This document shows positions 26,288 through 32,352 of a stretch of 32,352 bases of DNA, piece after piece. The translations under genes and the position numbers were made by a program. Under the pieces are notes generated by a model that made no database searches, was not told the DNA's origin, and worked only from the letters and a program-made list of their open reading frames with translations. The stretch's first letter is position 1. The number at the start of each line of letters is the position of its first letter. This DNA is from a virus, in UHGV virus genome UHGV-0176217; one strand, 5' to 3'.

Positions 26288-28718
26288 CGTCAGAATCGAG
26301 GTGCTGCTGAACGCAGTTGACCGGGCAAGCCGCCCGCTTAAAGCGATTCAGAACGCCAGCAAATCCCTGTCTGGTGATATCCGCAATTCACAAAAAAGCC
26401 TGCGCGAACTTAATGCGCAGGCGTCCCGTATTGACGGATTCCGCAAAGCCAGCGCCCAGCTTGCCGTGACCGGTCATTCGCTTGAGAAAGCGAAACAGGA
26501 AGCGCAAGCCCTTGCCACACAATTTAAAAACACCGAGCGCCCGACGCGTGCGCAGGCGCAGGTGCTTGAATCGGCAAAGCGTGCCGCCAACGGGCTGCAG
26601 ACGAAATACAACAGCCTCACTGAGTCTGTTAAGCGCCAGCAACGTGAACTCGGTGCAGTCGGTATTAATACCCGTAATCTGGCAAATGATGAGCGGGGGC
26701 TTAAATCGCGCATCAGTGAGACTACCGCGCAGCTTAATCGGCAGCGTGAGGCACTGGCGAAAGTCAGCGCACAACAGGCGAAGTTAAGCCGGGTGAAAGC
26801 GCGGTATCAGGCCGGTAAATCACTGGCCGGAAACGCGGCGGCGGCTGGCGCAGCCGGTGTTGGTATTGCGACGGCGGGAACCCTCGCCGGGGTTAAGCTG
26901 CTGACGCCTGGTTATGAATTTGCACAGAAAAACTCAGAGCTGCAGGCCGTGCTCGGTGTCGACAAACAGTCGCCTGAAATGCAGGCGCTGCGTAAACAGG
27001 CGCGCCAGCTCGGTGATAATACCGCTGCCTCTGCCGATGATGCGGCGGGTGCGCAGATTATCATTGCCAAAAGCGGCGGCGATGCGGCGGCCATTCAGGC
27101 GGCGACGCCGGTCACACTGAATATGGCGCTGTCGAACAAGCGCACGATGGAAGAAAACGCTGCGCTGCTGACAGGCATGAAATCTGCTTTTCAGCTCTCT
27201 AACGATAAAGTCGCGCATATTGGTGATGTTCTCTCGATGACGATGAACAAAACCGCCGCCGACTTTGATGGAATGAGTGATGCGCTGACCTATGCCGCGC
27301 CAGTGGCGAAAAATGCCGGGGTAAGTATCGAAGAAACCACCGCAATGGTGGGGGCGCTGCACGATTCCAAAATCACCGGCTCGATGGCGGGTACAGGGAG
27401 CCGTGCCGTTCTGAGTCGCCTGCAGGCGCCAACCGGTAAAGCGTACGACGCCATCAAAGAGCTCGGTATTAAAACGTCAGATAGCAAAGGCAATACGCGC
27501 CCGATATTTTCCATCCTGAAAGAAATGCAGCGCAGTTTTGAGAAAAACAATCTCGGAACGGGGCAGAAATCCGAATACATGAAAACCATTTTCGGTGAAG
27601 AGGCCAGCTCGGCGGCCGCCGTGCTGATGGCCGCCGCAACAAGCGGCAAGCTCGACCAGCTCACCGCCGCGTTTAAAGCCTCAGACGGTAAGACTGAGGA
27701 ACTGGTTAAGGTTATGCAGGATAACCTCGGCGGCGACTTTAAAGAGTTTCAGTCAGCCTATGAGGCGGTCGGCACTGACCTGTTTGATCAGCAGGAGGGC
27801 TCACTGCGAAAGCTGACGCAGACGGCCACGCAATATGTGCTCAGGCTCGACGGCTGGATCCAGAAAAATAAAGGGCTGGCGACCACCCTCGGCGTGGTGG
27901 TTGGTGGTGCGCTGGCGCTGATCGGTGTAATGGGCGGGATTGGCCTTGTCGCATGGCCGGTGGTGATGGGGATTAATGCCATCATTGCGGCGGCTGGCGT
28001 GCTCGGTGTGGTTTTCAGTACGGTTGGCGGCGCGATTGTCACGGCCATTGGCGCAATCAGCCTGCCGGTGCTGGCGGTAGCCGGTGCAGTGGTGGCCGGT
28101 GCATTGCTGATCCGCAAATACTGGGAGCCGCTCGGTGCATTCTTCTCGGGCGTGGTGGAGGGACTGAAAGCCGCCTTTGCACCGGTGGGGGACATGTTTA
28201 CCCCGCTCGCGCCGGTGTTTGACGCCATCGCTGAAAAGCTGGGTGTCGTCTGCCAGTGGTTTAAAGACCTGCTTGCGCCGGTGAAAACCACGCAGGACAC
28301 GCTCTCCAGTTGCAAAAATGTCGGCGTTACTTTTGGTCAGGCGCTGGCTGATGCGCTGATGATGCCGCTCAAGATGTTTAACAGCCTGAGCGGCAAGGTC
28401 GGCTGGCTACTGGAAAAACTCGGCGTTATCAAAAAAGAATCCAGCGACCTCGACCAGACCGCAGCGAAAGCGAATAAAGCGTCCCTGAATGGCGGGTATA
28501 TCCTTGCGACCGCTGGATATGGCGGGTATCAGGCGTATCAGCCGGTCACTGCACCTGCAGGCCGGTCTTATATCGACCAGAGCAAAAGCGAATACAACAT
28601 CAATCTGCAGGGCGGGGTCGCGCCGGGCAGTGACCTTGACCGCCAGCTCCGTGACGCCGTCGACAAACTTGACCGCGAGAAACGTGCGCGCCAGCGATCC
28701 AGTATGAGACTCGACTGA
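26277..28718 (+). CDS. T: Tail tape measure protein (P2 gpT-like)
   Basis: 813 aa; Ala/Gly-rich hydrophobic central segments; position. Confidence 0.9.
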   Translation: MSNNVRIEVLLNAVDRASRPLKAIQNASKSLSGDIRNSQKSLRELNAQASRIDGFRKASAQLAVTGHSLEKAKQEAQALATQFKNTERPTRAQAQVLESAKRAANGLQTKYNSLTESVKRQQRELGAVGINTRNLANDERGLKSRISETTAQLNRQREALAKVSAQQAKLSRVKARYQAGKSLAGNAAAAGAAGVGIATAGTLAGVKLLTPGYEFAQKNSELQAVLGVDKQSPEMQALRKQARQLGDNTAASADDAAGAQIIIAKSGGDAAAIQAATPVTLNMALSNKRTMEENAALLTGMKSAFQLSNDKVAHIGDVLSMTMNKTAADFDGMSDALTYAAPVAKNAGVSIEETTAMVGALHDSKITGSMAGTGSRAVLSRLQAPTGKAYDAIKELGIKTSDSKGNTRPIFSILKEMQRSFEKNNLGTGQKSEYMKTIFGEEASSAAAVLMAAATSGKLDQLTAAFKASDGKTEELVKVMQDNLGGDFKEFQSAYEAVGTDLFDQQEGSLRKLTQTATQYVLRLDGWIQKNKGLATTLGVVVGGALALIGVMGGIGLVAWPVVMGINAIIAAAGVLGVVFSTVGGAIVTAIGAISLPVLAVAGAVVAGALLIRKYWEPLGAFFSGVVEGLKAAFAPVGDMFTPLAPVFDAIAEKLGVVCQWFKDLLAPVKTTQDTLSSCKNVGVTFGQALADALMMPLKMFNSLSGKVGWLLEKLGVIKKESSDLDQTAAKANKASLNGGYILATAGYGGYQAYQPVTAPAGRSYIDQSKSEYNINLQGGVAPGSDLDRQLRDAVDKLDREKRARQRSSMRLD

Positions 28719-28731
28719 GGGAGGGGTAAAA

Positions 28732-29196
28732 ATGTTAATGGTGCTGGGCTTTTTTGTGTTTGAACGGCGCACCCTGCCGCATCAGTCAATGCAGTATTCG
28801 AAGGACTACCGGTGGGTGTCAAATGACCGTATTGGAAAACCACCTGCTTATCAGTATCTCGGGGAGGGGGAGACCTCGCGCACCCTGTCAGGCACGCTTT
28901 ACCCTGAAATCACTGGCGGGCGTCTGTCACTGATGGCCATCGAGCTGATGGCCGACGAGGGGCGCGCATGGCCGCTGATTGACGGAACCGGTATGATCCA
29001 CGGGATGTATGTCATCGATAAAGTGACTCACAACCACACCGAGTTATTCAGCGACGGTGCGGCTAAAAAAATCGAGTTTAGCCTGTCGCTTAAGCGGGTG
29101 GATGAATCCCTCGCGGCCATCTACGGCGACCTGAAAACGCAGGCTGACAATCTGGTCACGTCTGCCGGTAACTGGCTCGGGGGGATGGCGGGATGA
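28732..29196 (+). CDS. U: Tail protein U (P2 gpU-like)
   Basis: 154 aa; stop overlaps the D start. Confidence 0.85.
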   Translation: MLMVLGFFVFERRTLPHQSMQYSKDYRWVSNDRIGKPPAYQYLGEGETSRTLSGTLYPEITGGRLSLMAIELMADEGRAWPLIDGTGMIHGMYVIDKVTHNHTELFSDGAAKKIEFSLSLKRVDESLAAIYGDLKTQADNLVTSAGNWLGGMAG

Positions 29197-30356
29197 TAAC
29201 GGGAATGAACATTCAGACCGGGGCGCGCATTGCCCCTGATTTTATGCTCACGCTCGATGGCGCAGATATCTCACAGAATTTCAGCAACCGGCTTATCGGG
29301 CTGACCATGACCGACAATCGCGGATTCGAGGCTGATCAGCTTGATATCGAGCTTGATGATTCTGACGGGCTGGTTGAGCTGCCGCCACGCGGGGCATCGC
29401 TGACGCTGTGGCTGGGCTGGCAGGGCTCGGCGCTGATAAACAAAGGGAGTTTCACGGTTGACGAAATCGAGCACCGGGGCGCGCCTGACAGGCTGACCCT
29501 CCGGGGGCGCAGCGCGGATTTTCGCGGGACGCTGAACTCCAGGCGCGAACAGTCATGGCACGACACCACGCTCGGGGTGATTGTTGAGGCTATCGCGCAG
29601 CGTAACAAACTGACGGCCAGCGTGGCTGATACCCTGAAATCTGTTGCTGTGCCGCATATCGACCAGTCTCAGGAATCCGACGCCGCGTTTTTGTCCCGAC
29701 TGGCGGATCGTAACGGGGCAGCGGTTTCGGTCAAAGCCGGGAAATTGTTATTCCTGAAAGCCGGTAGCGCGATGACGGCCAGTGGCAAGGCCATCCCGCA
29801 AATGACCGTCGAACGCGGTGACGGCGACCGCCATCAGTTCGCCATTGCAGACCGTGAGGCTTACACCGGCGTAACGGCGAAATGGCTGCACACCAGAGAC
29901 CCGAAACTGCAAAAGCAAAAGGTGAAGCTCAAACGCAAACCCAAAGAGCAGCACCTGCGTGCGCTGCAGCACCCGAAGGCCGTCAAAACATCGGCAAAGG
30001 CTAAAAAGAAAAAGGAGCAGGAAGCGCGGGAAGGTGAGTATATGGCTGGTGAGTCCGACAATGTTCTGGAACTCACGACCATCTACGCGACAAAGGCGCA
30101 GGCCATGCGCGCAGCTCAGGCAAAGTGGGACAGGATACAACGTGGGGTGGCGGAGTTTTCGATTACGCTCGCCACTGGCCGCGCTGATTTATTTCCTGAA
30201 ACGCCGGTCGCAGTGAAAGGCTTTAAGCGCGTTATAGACGAACAGGCGTGGATAATCAGCCGTGTGGTGCACAGCTTTAATGGGAGCGGCTTCACGACGG
30301 GCTTAGAGCTTGAGGTTAAGGTTTCTGATGTGGAGTATGAAAGCGAGGAAACTTAA
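29193..30356 (+). CDS. D: Tail protein D (P2 gpD-like)
   Basis: 387 aa, same length as P2 D; last late gene before ogr. Confidence 0.85.
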   Translation: MITGMNIQTGARIAPDFMLTLDGADISQNFSNRLIGLTMTDNRGFEADQLDIELDDSDGLVELPPRGASLTLWLGWQGSALINKGSFTVDEIEHRGAPDRLTLRGRSADFRGTLNSRREQSWHDTTLGVIVEAIAQRNKLTASVADTLKSVAVPHIDQSQESDAAFLSRLADRNGAAVSVKAGKLLFLKAGSAMTASGKAIPQMTVERGDGDRHQFAIADREAYTGVTAKWLHTRDPKLQKQKVKLKRKPKEQHLRALQHPKAVKTSAKAKKKKEQEAREGEYMAGESDNVLELTTIYATKAQAMRAAQAKWDRIQRGVAEFSITLATGRADLFPETPVAVKGFKRVIDEQAWIISRVVHSFNGSGFTTGLELEVKVSDVEYESEET

Positions 30357-30437
30357 CGATGTGTTTTAATTATGTGTTTGTTTTATAAGTGAAAAATGAG
30401 TAAAATTAACACATTGAATACGCCGGAGACCCTCATC

Positions 30438-30659
30438 ATGTTTCATTGTCCGAAATGCCATCATGCCGCCCACGCCCGCACGAGTCGCTATTTTACTGAT
30501 ACCACAAAAGAGCGGTATCACCAGTGCACAAACATCAACTGCAGTTGCACGTTTGTGACCACTGAAACAGTCGAGCGTTTCATCGTATCATCGGGCGAGG
30601 TAGTACCCGCGCCGCCGCATCCAACAACGTCAGGTCAGCAGCAAATTCAATGGATGTGA
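30438..30659 (+). CDS. ogr: Ogr zinc-finger late transcription activator
   Basis: 73 aa from MFHCPKCHHAAHARTSRY.TDTTKERYHQC.N.NCS.TF...E.V.R.IV; Cys4 pattern; GGAGA RBS; an upstream ATG at 30396 lacks an RBS. Confidence 0.85.
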   Translation: MFHCPKCHHAAHARTSRYFTDTTKERYHQCTNINCSCTFVTTETVERFIVSSGEVVPAPPHPTTSGQQQIQWM

Positions 30660-30761
30660 GAAGAAGTTGGTAGGTGGAATCTGGGTACGATATTTGTTAA
30701 TACTAGCTTGTTGTAACAAAAATTAATTCTGACCTAACAGTACATTACGGAAAACGTATCC

Positions 30762-30971
30762 ATGACTTTTGATGAATATATGCAAAAAACCAGAGAAATA
30801 AATGAGCAACTTCAAGAGATTTCTATGCTAACGGCAAATCAAGCACTAACAAATTGCGCAAACTCATCCAATCCCGGCTTTGTTGATCTGATGCGTCGTC
30901 ATGCAGAATTGACAATGCGCTCGTTTAAGCTTACTGAAGAGATGATGAAACAGTTATCTATTGATAACTAA
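30762..30971 (+). CDS. Small AT-rich hypothetical ORF downstream of ogr
   Basis: 69-aa ORF in an AT-rich segment; weak RBS; no recognisable motif. Confidence 0.3.
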   Translation: MTFDEYMQKTREINEQLQEISMLTANQALTNCANSSNPGFVDLMRRHAELTMRSFKLTEEMMKQLSIDN

Positions 30972-31077
30972 TAATCAAACACTAGGCCAAAAAGGTGTAA
31001 GAGCACTAGACACAATGATTGATACTCTTATTCTTTAAAGCAAATCAAAATTTTCTACCATTTTTTTTATAAATAAA

Positions 31078-31100
31078 GCCCCGCATTTGCGGGGCTTTTT
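31078..31100. terminator. Strong intrinsic terminator (possibly bidirectional)
   Basis: Stem GCCCCGC / GCGGGGC with loop ATTT, then TTTTT; A-rich tract on the 5' side. Confidence 0.65.
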
Positions 31101-31104
31101 GTAT

Positions 31105-32352
31105 GTGCGCCGGGCATGGCGCGTAGCGCCGTGACTGGCGCTGTTCTTCAACTGTGGTGGCTGAAGAACGACTAAGAGGTGAAAGTCCTCCACACACCCG
31201 GTGAGGGGAAGTGTTAGCGGAAGGCAAGGGTGTTCATCGCGAGGTGAAATCTGAAGGAAGCCGGATGCAAAATGCTGGCCTGACGAACAGGAAGCGGTTA
31301 AGGCGGCGCAGCGGGGTAAGGTGGCATACATCACCAAAGCCCGATACTCACACGGAACGCTGTAACGTAGAGCCGACAGGCATAAGCAGGAAAGTCGCGC
31401 GAATTACCCCGGGAGAACTGCCGTCCTGCCAGTGTGCTACCGGCGTCGTAAGGTGCCGGGATGGGGCGGCAGAAGTCAGCCGACGCCGTAGTAGTGCTGC
31501 AAAACCGGCAGCATGAAGGGCCGAACATGATTAACCGTGATTAGGACATCCGAACCCGATGATGATTAATGAAGCACAAGCGCAGGCAACTGCGGCCAGC
31601 GGCAGAGGAGACGGACGGTATCCGTCAGGGCTGCATGATGGCGCTGAAATCAGCACGGCGGCGGGTGGGCAAACGAAAGCGGAAGTGCCGCTGACGATGG
31701 AAGCGGTGATAACGAGAGAAAACCTGATGCTGGCTTATCAGCGCGTGGTGGAAAACAAAGGCGCGGCGGGGGTGGATAACCTCAGCGTGGCGGAGTTGAA
31801 ACCGTGGCTGAAGAAGAACTGGCGCAGTGTCAGGCAGGCATTGATTGACGGAAACTACCAGCCGCGGGCAATACGCCGGATGGATATCCCGAAGCCGGAT
31901 GGCGGCGTGAGAACCTTAGGCATCCCGACGGTGGTGGACAGGCTTATCCAGCAGGCGATTGCGCAGCAGTTAAGTGCCATCGTGGACAAAAGCTTCTCAG
32001 ACTCCAGCTACGGCTTCCGGCCGGGGCGCAACGCATGGCAGGCGGTGCAACAGGCACAGCGTTACATACGGGGCGGCAAACGGTGGGTGGTGGATATGGA
32101 TCTGGAGAAGTTCTTTGACCGGGTGGATCACAGGCTCCTGATGACGCGTCTGGCCAGAACGATAAAGGACAGGCGGGCATGCCGCAGGGCGGCCCGCTGT
32201 CGCCGTTACTGTCGAACATCCTGCTGGATGAACTGGATAAAGAACTGGAGCGTCGTTGACACAGCTTCTGCCGCTACGCAGACGACTGCAACATCAACGT
32301 AAGCAGCCGGAAAGCGGGCGACCATCTGCTGAAGAACATCAGGGCGTTCGTG
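31105..32352 (+). mobile_element. Group II intron, 5' part (ribozyme domains then intron-encoded protein), truncated by the window edge
   Basis: Starts GTGCG a few nt after the terminator T-run; ~450 nt of GC-rich structured non-coding sequence, then the RT ORF. Confidence 0.6.
31559..32352 (+). pseudogene. Group II intron reverse transcriptase/maturase, disrupted and partial
   Basis: RT motifs ...ENLMLAYQRVVENKGAAGVDN..., PKPDGGVRTLGIPTVVDRLIQQA, YGFRPGRNAWQA, then a frame change near 32170-32180 (next frame reads MPQGGPLSPLLSNILLDELDKELERR), an in-frame TGA at 32257-32259, then HSFCRYADDCNINV... Confidence 0.65.

Larger units (their letters stand above)
50..30659. mobile_element. P2-family prophage, integrase through ogr; true att boundaries not identified
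   Basis: Contiguous P2-like gene order with overlapping or tightly coupled starts and stops; protein motifs as listed per gene. Confidence 0.9.

Noticed and set aside
30396-30437. Upstream ATG extending ogr by 14 codons
   Set aside because: No RBS; the ATG at 30438 has GGAGA upstream and gives the canonical ~72-aa Ogr starting MFHCP.

Overview
Almost the whole window is a P2-family temperate myophage in prophage orientation, and the most interesting content is two AT-rich two-gene cargo operons that look like undescribed anti-phage modules. Backbone order, read from the sequence: int and C (minus) | cox, small orfs, B, A | cargo | cos | cargo | Q and P (minus) | O-N-M-L-X-holin-K-lysB/lysC-R-S | cargo | V-W-J-I-H-G | FI-FII-E/E'-T-U-D | ogr. 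Backbone calls rest on gene order, sizes and protein similarity to P2 proteins as I remember them; no search was run. The GC-rich backbone is interrupted by three visibly AT-rich islands: (1) a DUF3850/ASCH-like gene plus a small coupled ORF right after A; (2) a Hanks-type Ser/Thr kinase plus PP2C phosphatase operon between the cos site and the portal gene; (3) a DUF262 (ParB-like) protein plus a partner with an R-x4-H HEPN-like motif, with its own sigma70-like promoter, between S and V. The kinase/phosphatase and DUF262/HEPN pairs are the strongest candidates for new defence or abortive-infection systems. The canonical tin/old genes are absent and the Z/fun slot between G and FI is empty. Past ogr there is an AT-rich stretch with one small ORF, a strong intrinsic terminator, and immediately 3' of it the start (GUGCG) of a group II intron whose reverse-transcriptase ORF is broken by a frameshift and an in-frame stop and runs off the window. 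No tRNA, rRNA or CRISPR array was seen. Prophage att boundaries could not be placed.
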